DNA of 60,048 nt, filler included, from Globobulimina sp. (GCA_003354225.1; 11 parts of 11 records of this genome joined end to end with filler, not necessarily neighbours in it); one strand, 5' to 3'. Shown: positions 21,914 to 35,035, counted from the first letter of the whole stretch. The notes: a model not told the origin generated them from the sequence alone. Made by a program: numbers and translations.

Positions 21914-23072
21914 TAAATATATATCACCAAACCGGCAAAAATCATCACATAGCCATAGCAATGAACATCATCCACCATCATTAATATCATCATTAGGTTC
22001 TGAGTCAAGCTCATTGTTTACACCAATTAATGCTACCAATGATGATAATAAGTCGAGTCAGTCCTCAACGTCAACGAAGAGGAAGAAAAAGTCGTCGTCG
22101 TTATTCCATTCACAATCACAATCAGTGTCGCGTTCTTCTGTGGCAATATCAGCACATTCTATGTTAGCAATCAGCAACTCTGCATTATCATTACTGGACT
22201 ATGGCATCGAACGCACCGATGTTGAAGCGGCCTGTATGCAATTAATGGATTTAATTTTTAGTATTGGCGCGGTTTGGGTGGTAGCAAGACCCATAGACCG
22301 CGCATCTATGGCAAGCCAAAAATTCATGCATTGGTGCGTTAAGATTCAAGCAGAGCCCGCCTTAATATCTATGGACTTTTTCGAATCCGCTGGGAAAGGC
22401 GCATTTGGTATTTCGTCAGTTTGTGCGTCATGGACTGAGTTGGAAGATTTCTTAACATATTACATGACCCAATATGAGACTGGCAAACAAGTCAAAAAAC
22501 CATGGAAAATATTATCATCTGTGGTACCCAAAAGATATGAGAAAATAACAAATTTACAGAAACATATGTTGCCGCTAGAAATTGGTAAACAAAAAATGAA
22601 TGTTAACGATAAAAATAATATAAATAAAATAAAATGTGATTATAAAGTTCGAGATATTGCAGAATTTATTGAAGAATGGGTTGACGATCATAAATCATAC
22701 AATACCATCGGCACAAATTGTCAACGATTTGCTTATGATCTTTTTAAATTTATAGTTGGTGACTATTATCCACACAAAGTCAAAGTATTAGATAAGTATT
22801 TTCAATCACCATTGGATCGACAAAAGGAGAAATTAAATCGAATCAAAAATAATGAGAATCCAGATTTAGAATCAAAAGAAACGATAATTATAACTGACAT
22901 TGAGACAGTTGATATTGATATCGATATCGAGAATGATAAATATAATCCAAACAACAAAAATAATCCAGAACCTAGGATATTGATCGAATCTCTTGATGGT
23001 ACGGCATTGACATTTATCGAGCAACTCGATGACAACAAAAATAAGAATGATAATTCAGATAATTCAGATTGA
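21914..23072 (+). CDS. Permuted papain-like (PPPDE/LRAT-type NlpC/P60) protein, probably 5'-partial
   Basis: MHWCVKI (His) precedes YNTIGTNCQRFAYDL (Y-N-x-x-x-x-N-C-Q-x-F, Cys), the permuted catalytic order. Confidence 0.65.
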
Positions 23073-23156
23073 ATGAATTTATTTGAATGTACGTGTTTAA
23101 ATTTATTAAATGTAAGTGTGTAATAATAAAAATAGTGTGAGTCTTATTAAATACCC

Positions 23157-23855
23157 TTGACTTATACAGGTGAAAAATGTATTTGTGAAAATTGTGAAAA
23201 CTGTAGAGTTTACAAACCGAGATTCCGAGTCATGACTGAGTTGGATGAAGACACTGAACAGTTACAAATCTTTTTGAATAAATTATTGCCAGAATGCATG
23301 GAAAAATGTGATGAATATACAAAACAAGTGATAATTGATGGTCACAAACAAATGGAATCGCATTTACTAACCAAATGTCAAAATATTTCGAAAGAGAAAC
23401 TTTCAAAGGATATGGAAATTACATCTTCAGAATTACAACAAAGAATATACCAAAAATTTACAAAAAAATATCAAGATTTTGTTTTTAATCATATTTTAAT
23501 TTTTAAAGATGATGAATCTGTGACAAATATTATTATTAAACCATCAAAAGATAAATATCAAAGTTATTATGAAAATTTAGCAAAACAAAAAAATGAATTA
23601 TATCTCCAATATACTCAAAAACAAAAAATATTAAAAAAATTAAATGAAGAAACAATTCAATTACAAAATCAATTTAACAATGCATTACAATCTATAAATA
23701 ATAATTATCAATCGATGAGATCTCAAATTGATCAAAAACATAAATTATTAATATCTCAATTGCAAAGACAATTTAATGACAATCACTCATCACAACGGAC
23801 ACAACCACAGCTACAACCAATTGATATCAATCAGATAAATTATGCAAAAAGTTAA
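23157..23855 (+). CDS. Coiled-coil hypothetical protein
   Basis: Long ORF with heptad-like Q/K/L-rich C-terminus; start uncertain (possibly MTELDED at 23232). Confidence 0.55.
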   Translation: MTYTGEKCICENCENCRVYKPRFRVMTELDEDTEQLQIFLNKLLPECMEKCDEYTKQVIIDGHKQMESHLLTKCQNISKEKLSKDMEITSSELQQRIYQKFTKKYQDFVFNHILIFKDDESVTNIIIKPSKDKYQSYYENLAKQKNELYLQYTQKQKILKKLNEETIQLQNQFNNALQSINNNYQSMRSQIDQKHKLLISQLQRQFNDNHSSQRTQPQLQPIDINQINYAKS

Positions 23856-24312
23856 CAATTTCTTGTTTTTTTTGTTTTTCTGCGCACACAAACGTTTGTT
23901 GAATATATTATTTTGCTTTAAAAGGAGAACAGAAAACAATATCACAATGGGGAGATGCTGAAATATCTGCAATTTTACCATTATAATTTAGGATAAAATG
24001 GGGGCTATTTATTGATTTCTTAGTATTGTCAAGCTTTATACTTTATCCTTGCACTTTAATTCATGCATCACTGCTTGCAAAAATCCTTTTATTTGTCGCA
24101 CCACTTTTTTTCACAATTAAAGGTATTGCGTATGTCGTATGATTGCAACGTATCAAATCCTAAGAATGATTTTGCAACTTTTGGTTCATATGATCATAGA
24201 TTTTAGTTTATTCTTATATAAAGTATACTGAATTACTGAATGTATAAGAACACCAACAAGAAAAAACTTTGTAGATGATATTCCTGATAAAATCACAAAA
24301 TAGACTAAACTA

Positions 24313-25067
24313 ATGACAGAATCAGAAGAAGACTCGGAACAGGAGTCGGAAGAAGAAGCAGTAGTATCACTGGATGCTGTACAGAATCAATTTCACGCAA
24401 ACGTTGGACATAAGCCACATTCAGTTCAACAAATGCTTGCTTTTTGCAAACAAAATGACATTCCATGGAAGTTTAGTGATATAAATAAGTGGTGGCCAAC
24501 GAGACCTGAACCTGAAGAGAAACCAGTTGAAGTTGCTGTGAATGCTGATGATTACAAAGGTATACCCAATCACACACTGTATATTAAAATACAAAATGTA
24601 TATTTAAAAATACAAAATATATTAGAATTAGACGGAGACCCAGACGCAGACGCAGGTGATAAAAGTGATCATGATAAAAGTAATAAAAGTGATAAGGAGG
24701 ATGAGGATAAGGATGAGGATGAGGAAGAAGATAATGATGACAATAAAAATGTGCCAGAAAAGGTTGAACAAGCGCCAAATGATAAGGACAATCAACAAGA
24801 CGATGAAGAAGATACTGAGGATGAAGATGGAGCTGAAGAGGAGGAGGAAGCACCACAGCAACCGCAGGAAGCACAGCAACCACAGCAACCAGAGTTAAGT
24901 GTGATATTTCTGCGATTTTGCGATTAATTGTATAAATATGGTTAATATGTAGATCACCGGCACCGGCAATTGATAATAATGACGATGCTGATGAAGAAAA
25001 TGATGATTCGGAGGATGATTCAGAAGAAGAGGAGGATGCGGATGAAGATGGAGATGAAACTGATTGA
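24313..25067 (+). CDS. Acidic low-complexity protein, multi-exon
   Basis: D/E-rich ORF; in-frame GT-AG intron ~24560-24625 and second intron ~24894-24952 leading to a final acidic exon ending TGA 25067. Confidence 0.6.
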
Positions 25068-25337
25068 TTTCAATTTAATTACAGTGACTCTGACTTTTTG
25101 TTTTGATTCCATTGTTTTTTTCATTAACTATCATATCATATCATTGTACATTAACTTCCCTTATTTTTTTTTCTTGTAATTCATTATTTCCTATTTTTAA
25201 TTTTTTCAGTTAATTACACTTGAATTGATATGAATGATCACCATTTCATATACAAACATCGGAATATTTCATATAGAAGCATTGGGGGGCTAACTCTCCC
25301 TAAACTCATCGTTTCAGTAAACTCTCACTAAACTCTC

Positions 25338-27288
25338 ATGTCGTCGTTTCAAGGGCTGCGGCGAATGCAACACACAGCATACAACAAACTTATCCATCAA
25401 CAAATTCGGACACTAATTCCAAAAGATTTAAAGTTCGGAGTATGAGAAATTATCTGAAAATTCAACACACTATTTACTATTTACTATTTCTTGTAACACC
25501 GTTATACAGATGCTCGTAAATCATTATTAAAAGGAGTAAACATTATGGCTGATACAGTGGGTATGACCTTGGGGCCAATGGGTCGTAATGTAGCCTACGA
25601 ACAGAGATCATGGGAACCGCCACGTGTCTCAAAAGATGGTGTAACAATTGCAAAAGAAATAGAATTATGTGATCCCTTTGAAGATTTAGGTGCATCATTA
25701 TTATATCATATAGCATCAAATACCAATAAGTCCGCTGGTGATGGCACCACTACTTCCACCTTACTGGCACGTGAATTATTTGTCGGCGCAATGAAAGCAA
25801 TCAGCGCCGGTTTTAATCCAATGGATATTAAGCATGGAATTAATATATGTACACGACAAATTATCGCCTTTTTACAGTTGCTCAACGAGAATTTTTGGGA
25901 TAAAGACCTAATATTACGGGTCGCCTCTATTTCTGCCAACGGTGATGAAGAGATTGGTGAATTGGTAGCGGCCGGCATTGAACTAGTTGGCTTGGACGGC
26001 GTACTGCAGATTGAAGATGGCCACTGCATCAAAGATGAATTGGAAATTGTGGAAGGCGTACAATATAATTGCGGATATTTATCACCATATTTCATCACTG
26101 ATTCAAATAAATATATTGTACAATATGAGAAACCATTGTTTCTGTTTTACGACAAACCTATCACCGATAAGGAGAGCCATACCATATTGAATATTTTACA
26201 ACAATGTCATAATGCGAACCGTGCATTAATTATATTCACTGAAAAGATTGACAATAACTCCGCTTTAGAATTCTTAGTTAAAAATAAATTAAAAGCCAAG
26301 TGCAAAATATGTGCCATTGCCACCCCGGGGAGTGGTGATTATAAGAAACATAATTTGCGAGATCTAGCAGTTATAACCGGCGGTATTGTATTTACGGATA
26401 GTTATGGTGCGAACAAAGGGGATGGTATTCATATCAATGAATGTGTGTTGGCCGATTTAGGCGAAGCTGAAAACATTATTGTATATAATAATAAGACAGT
26501 TATCTTTGGCGGGAACGGTGATTTCAAAGCGGTGCAAGATCGAATAGACGCAGTCAAATATAAACTAGAGAATTGTTATGCGTATGAAAGAGCAAAACAT
26601 GTGGAAAGATTAGGCAATTTAATGGGTGGTATTGGCATAATCCGTGTTGGCGGAACGTCGGATGTTGTGATCCAAGAAAAAAAAGATCGTGTGATTGATG
26701 CGTTAAACTGTGTGAAAGCAGCCATTGATCAGGGCATATTACCGGGGGCTGGCTTTGCCTTATTTTATGCGTCTTTGTTTTTGAAAAATATAGCACTCAA
26801 ATTAGAGAATCAAGATCAATGCGTTGCAGTCGACATTGTACGCAAATCTTTGCAGATTCCAACCAAAAAAATTATAGATAATGCGGGACAAAATGGTGCT
26901 TGGATTGTACAGGAAATGGAGTGTCGAATCGAGGAGTTTTTAGCTGAAAATAAAGATTTTGAACCATGGGTTTATAGCAAATTGCAGGAAATTGAAGAGA
27001 AAAATAAAAAACAAAGGATTATAATCCATAGTCATGGGGATGATGAGTATGATAAAAATTGTGTCAATTACAATAATGTTGACACCCAAGTTTTATATGA
27101 GATAAATAATGAATTAATGGATGCAAGTTTCAAGAATGAAGAGGATGAGATAATGGATGAATCGCAAAGAGATAAAATCCGACAACTATTCCATTATGGA
27201 TATGATGCAAAATATAAAGAATATTGTAATTTGATGGAGTACGGAGTGATTGATCCATTAAAAGTGACAACCAACGCATTGATTGATG
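25338..27288 (+). CDS. hsp60: Divergent mitochondrial-type chaperonin 60 (GroEL/Hsp60), 3'-partial
   Basis: Presequence-like N-terminus plus KDLKFG; TLGPMGRNV, KDGVTIAK, AGDGTTT, GYLSPYFI, DRVIDAL, GVIDPLKV. Confidence 0.92.
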
Positions 27289-27388
27289 NNNNNNNNNNNN
27301 NNNNNNNNNNNNNNNNNNNNNNNNNNNNNNNNTTAATTAATTAANNNNNNNNNNNNNNNNNNNNNNNNNNNNNNNNNNNNNNNNNNNN
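27289..27388. other. Artificial contig linker
   Basis: N44-TTAATTAATTAA-N44. Confidence 0.99.
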
Positions 27389-27622
27389 CATGGTTGAAAC
27401 TCTGTAGCATTCAAGTTTTTTTTCGATTACTGCCCTGAAAAAAAAATTAAACGGTTTTTATGATTTCAGTGTGTCAGCAGATTTAGTGTCTGTGCAAGGA
27501 TAATATGACATGCAGCTGCAACTCTGTGATTTCCGTGCAATGTTTGAAGTTCCGTGCAAAAAATCTGTGATTTAAACATTGTTTATACATTTTATACTAA
27601 CTCTACAGAATTGAAATAAGAA

Positions 27623-30600
27623 ATGGTCAAGTCGATTTTACAACAGAAGGCGATTAAGAAACGATTCAAATATCTTACTCTTTATAAAATTGGAAAGAAA
27701 CGAATCCGTTTTAGAAAGAAAAAGAGAAAACCATGTAAACAAATTATTGAAAAACCACATTGGATTTTACAAATGTTTATTGACTCTGAAATTTTATTTT
27801 TTCGTTTTATGATAATTATTTGTGGATTTTTATTGAATATTATTAAAAAAATTTGGTTTTCTGACACAATGTATTATTTATTTGGATTACTACATAGTTT
27901 ATATCATTTAGATGGAAAATTAGCATCTATTGTTATATCAGAATTAATAAATATTTGGGGAAAGATTTTAATTGGTCCACATTATTTAAAATTTATTAGT
28001 AATTGTACAACAATCAGTACTTTTCTTTGTTGTTTGCAATATTATAATATCGTAGATATTACTATGCGTTCTTTACATATTTTTCGATTTTGTAGCATCA
28101 ATTATTTTTACAACATTTGGTTTTTTTTATTTATAATTAACGGATATCCAATATTTTCGAATTTGTTTCCATTATTGATCAAAAATATTATTATCATATA
28201 CGATTACATGTATTATGTTAATAAACCAATTTACTTAATATTGAGAGTAAAATCATTGAATGGTAAAATTACAAAATTTAAAATGAAAAATAATACAATC
28301 ATGCAAAAATTAATGGATGCATATTATTCAAAATTTAAACAGAGACCAACAAAAATACATTTTTTATTTGATGGCGATATAATTAATCCATTATTAACAC
28401 CGCGAAATTTGTGTATAAATAATTGTGATATAATTGATGTAATTAGACGGCAACATGGTGGTGGTGGTAGTAATGACAGTAATAAAAAAAAATCAAATCA
28501 CGGAGGAATACGCACCAAAAAAAAACGGGGTACAAAGCGAAAACGTGATTATGGTAAAAACATTAACCATGAAAAGAGAAAGAATAAAAATCACAATGAT
28601 CAAAGATATTATCAACAACGAAAAAAACAAAAAAGACAAAGTTCGAGAAAGCATTCAAATACACATAAAGATCTGGGTAATATATTCAAACGAGATTGGA
28701 ATACTAAGCAATTTATGATTGATACAGATTGGGAAAAGTATAAATGTAAAATGGATTATTATGATGTTGGAAAACCAGAACATCCATGTGAGTTTTGTGG
28801 AGCATTATTTTATCATGATGAGAGAAATAGTCCAAAAAATTCTACAAAGCATGTATTTGGAAATAAATGTTGTAATTATGGTAAAATCACCGTTAATATT
28901 CCAAAACAACCACCAAAATATTTGAAAGAATTGTTATATGGTAATTCAACGGAAGCAAAATTTTTCAGAAAGAATATTCGTTCATTTAACTGTTTATTTA
29001 CTTGGGTATCAAGCAGCAGTAAATGGAAACCACCAATTAAAAATAATATAACTCAAACTAATACTGATGGCATAGTAAAACCATACGTGTTTAAAGCAGA
29101 CGGTGAATTATATCATACATTTGGTTCATTATGTGCACCAACCAATCAAACACCTAAAGGACTACAAGTTTATATGCATGATCCAGATGCACAAATTGAA
29201 TATCGATCAAATATGTTAAATATAGAAAATAAAAAATTAGGTAAAAAAATTGTAGAAAAAATTCAAGATGAATTATTGAAAGTAAATAATTGGATAAAAA
29301 AATTTAAAACATTATATGATCGAAATAAAATGAAAGAAAACGTGGATGACATGTCATTTATTATTGACCCAAATCCAAATATCAAACATGGAACGTATAA
29401 ATCACAATATAATCGCGGAACATCAAAAAGTACAATTTCAGCATTGATCAAAAAAAATACACGGATAAATTATCAGCCACAACATTATGAAATGTTATTA
29501 CATTATAAAAATGGTAAAATAGATCAAATTAAAGAAGGGCATGCTATGCGAGATCCGGCATGTTTTCCTTTATTGTATCCTTATGGTGATTGTGGTTGGA
29601 GTGAAAATATAGGAATTAGCACTATGCAATATTATAGATATTTATTATATGAAAGAAAGAAAACACCCAATGTTTTACATCATGGTGATAAATTATTTCA
29701 ACAATGGTGTGTTGAGCAATTTGTAAAAATAGATCAAATCAGATTAAATTCATGTAGAACCAAGACAGCTCAAAAAAAATATCGGAAATACTTTATTCCT
29801 GAGGTTCAGAAAGCTATTGATGAAGGGAAAGATATCAATCAAATTGGTGTAAAAACAATATGTCCATCTTCATATAAATATGGACCACGTGATATGTATG
29901 AAAAACAACAAGATGCTTTGGCAATTGTACGAAAATATAAAAGAGCACATTATTTTATCACAATGACAATGAACCCAAATTGTGACGAGGTTAAACGAAA
30001 ACTCAAACGTGGAGAATCTTCTACATCGCGTCCAGATATAGTTGAACGTGTATGGGAACAAAAAAAACAATTGTTGCTGCATGTAGTTTGTAATAAACAC
30101 GTTTTAGGTAAAGTAGCAGGTTATGTTTGGAGTCAAGAATATCAACGTGAAGGTTTACCACATTTACATTTGATTGTAATATTAGATCCTAAAGAAGCTC
30201 CTACACAAATCCATGAATACGATAAATTTATCAGTGCTCAAATACCAAATAAAACAGTGGACAAAGATTTATATGATTTGGTAACGAAACATATGGTTCA
30301 TCGTGATTGTGAGCGAATGAATTGGGCTTCATGTCGTGATGTAAATGGAAAATGTAGGAAAAAATTTCCTAAACCATATTCGCGCTTTACTACACATAAA
30401 AAAAATAGATACCCAGAATATAAGAGACTTTCTCCAAGAGAGGTATGTGAGATAAATTCTGTCATTTTTTTTTTTTAAATTAAATGTGGTTGTACAGGGT
30501 GGATTTACATTTGATGATGGTAAACGTATCGTTGATAATTCATCTATAGTTCCATACAATCCAGCATTATTAAAATTATTTAGATGTCATATTAACGTTG

Positions 30601-32757
30601 AATGTGTTAGTGGTATTGCGTGCATTAAATATATTTTTAAATACGCGCTAAAAGGATCAGAACGTGCAGGTGTGAATATAAAGCGTAATAATAATAAAGA
30701 TGATGATAATAAAGATGATTCAGAAAAACCAATAAATGAGGTTCAAAATGTGATTAACTGTAGGAGAGTAACACCGTATGAATCATGTGCCAGAATATTT
30801 GGGCGACGACAAAACGATAATTATCCTGTAGTTGAAAGATTAAAAATATTTAATCCACATAAGATGATAATATATTGGGATGAGAATAATCCACACACAA
30901 TCCATAATGGTACATTATTAACCAGAAAAAACACATTAACTGAGTTCTTTAGAAATAATGCTATTGAACTGAAAACACCTTTAAACAAAAAGAAAAGAAG
31001 TATTAAAGGCAAATTAGGACCTCATGGATATGAATTATTATATAATGAATACCCACAATATTATAGATGGAATGTAAAAAATAATGAATGGATTAGACGG
31101 ACAAGTGAAATACAAGAACCTGCAATTGGTCGTATATACTTAACAAAAATTACAGAACGAATACGACATTTTATGAGATTATTATTGTTAAAACGCAGAG
31201 GAATTACCAGTTTTGAAAATCTGAAAACAATTATTAACATTAACGGTGAAACAGAAATATGCAAAACGTATATTGAAACATGTGAAAAATTAGGATATTT
31301 ATTTGAAGATAAAGAATGGGAACGAACTATTGATGAAGTCTCAAATTTTGCAGGACCAAAAGCATTGCGTACATTATTTGTAACAATATTGAATGAATGC
31401 CAACCAGTACACCCAAAACATTTATGGGAAAAATTCAAAAAACAATTATGTCAGGATATATATAATAAACGAACATATAAATATGATGAAGAATTGCATT
31501 CTGTAAGTTTGGATGATAATGATCAAGAAATGGAAAAAATATATAATACTGGAAAACGCAAAATTCATGAACAATTACAAATATTAGGGAAATCGATTGT
31601 AAATTTCGGATTTGAAATACCTGAGTTGGATATTTGTTTAGTGGATACTGCAATGCCAATAGAAATTGAACAAGAGAGGGAATATAATATAAAAGAGTGT
31701 GTCGATTATTATACAGAATGGGAAGCAAAATTTAATGTTAAACAAAAAGAGATATATCAAACCATTAAAGATGCAATAGATAAAGGAGAACGTGGTTTTG
31801 GTTATTTTGTTAATGGAATTGGTGGTGCTGGAAAATCGAAAATAGCAAATGCATTATTATCTTACATTCGTTCAAACAAAGAAATTGCTTTAGCTGTTGC
31901 CGGTACAGGAATTGCAGCGAATTTATTATTTGGCGGACGAACATTCCATTCACGATTTAAAGTACCAATAAATATAAATGATTTGGGCGCAGAGGTTGAA
32001 TGGTATAACATTCCAAAAGATAGCGGTTTAGCGGAATTAATTCGTGAATCCAAATTGATTGTATTTGATGAAATTACAACAATTTCTAAATATGCATTAG
32101 AATGTTTAAATAATACATTGAAAGATTTATGCAGTAATAACGAATTTATGGGTGGTAAATTGATTGTTTTAATGGGTGATTTTAGACAATGTCTTCCAAT
32201 TATTAAATTTGCAACACCAGCTGATGTGATTAACGCATGTATGAATCATAGCGATATTTGGCACAATTTCAAACAACAGACATTAGAAACAAATATGAGA
32301 TTGATTGGTAAAGACAAATTGTGCTTTGATTATGCTGAAGATATTTTAAAAATTGGTAATGGAAGTTTCCCTGTTGAAACTCAATTGGGTGAAGATATGA
32401 TAAGAATTCCAGATGATTGGCTATCACACACAAATAATCTATCAGATTTTATTGAAGAATGTTATGAAAATATAGACACTAATTATAAAGATCCAAATTA
32501 CTGGAAACAAAAAGCAATATTAAGTCCATTAAATGAAGATGTAGATTATATCAACGAAATAATTTTAGATAAAATGCCTGGTGAAATACATATAAAAGAG
32601 AGCACTGACACACCATTGGATATGGGCAATCCAATTGATATAGAAATGGAAGATATTTGGAATCATAAAGAAGGTGGTTTGCCATTGCATATACTCAAAC
32701 TAAAAGAAAATGCACCTGTAATGTTATTGCGAAATTTAGCAGCACATAAAGGTTTAT
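27623..32757 (+). CDS. Helitron RepHel: hydrophobic leader + SUMO-like domain + Zn-finger + HUH Rep + PIF1-type helicase, 3'-partial
   Basis: CEFCGALFY...KCCNYGK; Rep motifs YFITMTMNP, EYQREGLPHLHL, KYIFKYALKG; helicase GIGGAGKS, IVFDEI, GDFRQCLP, ETNMR, PVMLLRNL. Intron 30443-30497 (GTATGT...CAG) joins SPRE to GGFTF in frame. Confidence 0.93.
28226..28462 (+). other. SUMO-like (Rad60-SLD/ubiquitin-2) domain within RepHel
   Basis: LILRVKSLNGKITKFKMKNNTIMQKLMDAYY...IHFLFDGDII...TPRNLCINNCDIIDVIRRQHGG matches SUMO hallmarks (FKIK..T...KLM.AY, FLFDG, TP..L, D.IDV...Q.GG). Confidence 0.88.
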
Positions 32758-32857
32758 NNNNNNNNNNNNNNNNNNNNNNNNNNNNNNNNNNNNNNNNNNN
32801 NTTAATTAATTAANNNNNNNNNNNNNNNNNNNNNNNNNNNNNNNNNNNNNNNNNNNN
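32758..32857. other. Artificial contig linker
   Basis: N44-TTAATTAATTAA-N44. Confidence 0.99.
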
Positions 32858-33321
32858 CGAAATTGTACATAGAATAATAATATGCGTACTGCAAATACCA
32901 TTAATTTGCAAATATAATATGGACAAATAGAAACAATACACCGTCGTATGACAACGATATACTGTCAGATAGAAACAATAATAAGATATTTGCTGGACAT
33001 TTGTGACAAGTTTATAGCAACTTTGCATCCTTCGTATACAGTCCATAATTACATACATTTCAGGTTTCCGGGATGACTCCGAAATTTTATGTCATACAGT
33101 ATCTCAAAATTTAGTTTGACGATTAGCAAGGTTTTTGGGTTAGCTAGAGTGGTTTTCAAGTTAGGTTGAAGATTTCTACATATAATAATTAAAAACAAAA
33201 ACACATTGAAAAACATCTACAAACCAGAAACACTAAAAACATTCTAAATGATAATTAGAAAAAAATCCAATAAAAATTATAATTAAGACTAAACGACTAA
33301 TCAATGATATTTGTGGATACT

Positions 33322-34875
33322 TTAAAGTAATTGAAGTGAATAAATATCAGAATTTAATGCAACAGCTAACGAATATTCCTTATTTAAATCTAAATCATAA
33401 AAAGCTATTCCAAGATCTTCATCATCCACAGAAAATTTAACCACACCGCCATGTCTACCAAGATTTCTTTTTGAATGAGCTTTGATATTTGTTTTTGCCG
33501 TTGTTTTACCACTCAAATCCATGCCTGGTGTTAAATGCATATCCAATTCAATTCCAATCACACTTCCAACATAAAATGGAATCCCATATACTTTGCCGCG
33601 TGTTTTTTTATGAAATATTTTACCATTCCAACCTTAAAAACATGCAAATATATAACACAATTACAATACATATATTATATATGCAATACCATAAAGGCCA
33701 AATCCACCAAACGGTTTCAACCAAAATCCACATTGTTTATCCTGCGATTTCCGTTTATCAGATTGGATTACACCCAACACCACATCCGCTGGTTTGCGCT
33801 TTCCAGCTGCAGTTCTTTTTTCTTTTATCCGTTGGCATATCTTAATATTCCAGCGTTTACTTTGTGATTTGCGCACTTTTATACTTCCAAAAGCATTGTA
33901 CCAACCACCTTTAATTGCAGCAGTACGCCACAAATCCGCATCATACGTATTGTATACGATATGATTTAATTGAAAAGCATCCCACCATTCTGTCGATAAT
34001 TTAATATCGACATCAATCAATCTGCATAACTCTTTACGTGGCACAAATAAACGGATCTTATCATGTTTGCTATATTGTGCTTGTACTGCGATATCATTAT
34101 CTTTATTGTTGCGCCATGAGTCAATATATAAGCTTGCTTTTGATTTTGCTCTGGATGCATTTTCTGCAATTTTCGTAGCAAAAATGGATAACCTCTCATA
34201 CTTTGACATCGCTTCGGGCTCTCTGTCGTTATTATTATTTGCTAACGTTTGTGCTGCTTTTTCCTTTTCTTCTTCTTCTGCTTTTATACGTTGTTGTTCT
34301 TCAAATTGTTTTTCTCGTTCGATTTCTATTTCTAATCCTTTTTCAGTTAATTCATTTTTTAATTCTTGAATGCGTTGCAATGATTTCTCTTTTTGTTCGC
34401 TATAAAATATATTCAGTTTATATATTAACAGCGATTTTTTATTGACGATTTGTTCAATAATTTCGGCAAATTGTTGTTCCATTAATGCTTCACTATGTTT
34501 TTGCTCTTGTTGTGATTTATATATTTCCTGTTGCAAGGAACGTATTGCTAAATGAATACTATTCATATATGATGATTCTTGGTATTCTTTTTCTTCTGCT
34601 TTTATGTTAACGTTAGCGGGCTGTTCTGATGTTGTTGCTTCGCCATTTGGTGCTGCTCCTGGTTCGTTGCAGGGAGTTAGGTTTGGGTTAGTATCATCTA
34701 CGAAATGTTGTCCAGGTGTTTTAATATTTGGGCTGCGTAGTGTATCACCGGGAGCCGGTGTCACATTACAAATACCATCATCGTTATTGTATAATTCAGA
34801 ATCACCACTCGATGATAATTCAGATATAGGTTCTTGAGAATGATAGCCTTCTTCTTTATATTGAGGTGTGGCCAT
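33322..34875 (-). CDS. Coiled-coil + SPRY-like domain protein, two exons
   Basis: Coiled coil followed by NAFGSIKV, RWNIKI, VVLGVI; intron ~33633-33689 restores LYG-WNGKIFH...VIGIELDM...VKFSVDDEDLGIAF. Confidence 0.7.
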
Positions 34876-35035
34876 TTTTATATTTAACTTTTTGATTTTG
34901 AAAGAAAAGAATTGTTAAAAAACGCTTTAAGCTAACTATATATATAATTAATTATTTAATATAATTACACCACCTTAATTATAAGATTAATAAAAAAAGA
35001 AGGTATGAAAAAAAGAAACGGTATGAAAAAAGAAG

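Larger units (their letters stand above)
27389..32757 (+). mobile_element. Helitron (rolling-circle transposon), termini not seen
   Basis: Contig is occupied by a single RepHel gene. Confidence 0.88.

Noticed and set aside
27389-27610. Short direct/inverted repeats (ttccgtgcaa, tctgtgattt, tctgtag/ctacaga) as Helitron termini
   Set aside because: Too short, with no identifiable 5' TC end or subterminal inverted-repeat partner within the contig.
30443-30497. Apparent split or frameshift of the Helitron into two ORFs
   Set aside because: A canonical 55-nt intron restores one continuous RepHel.
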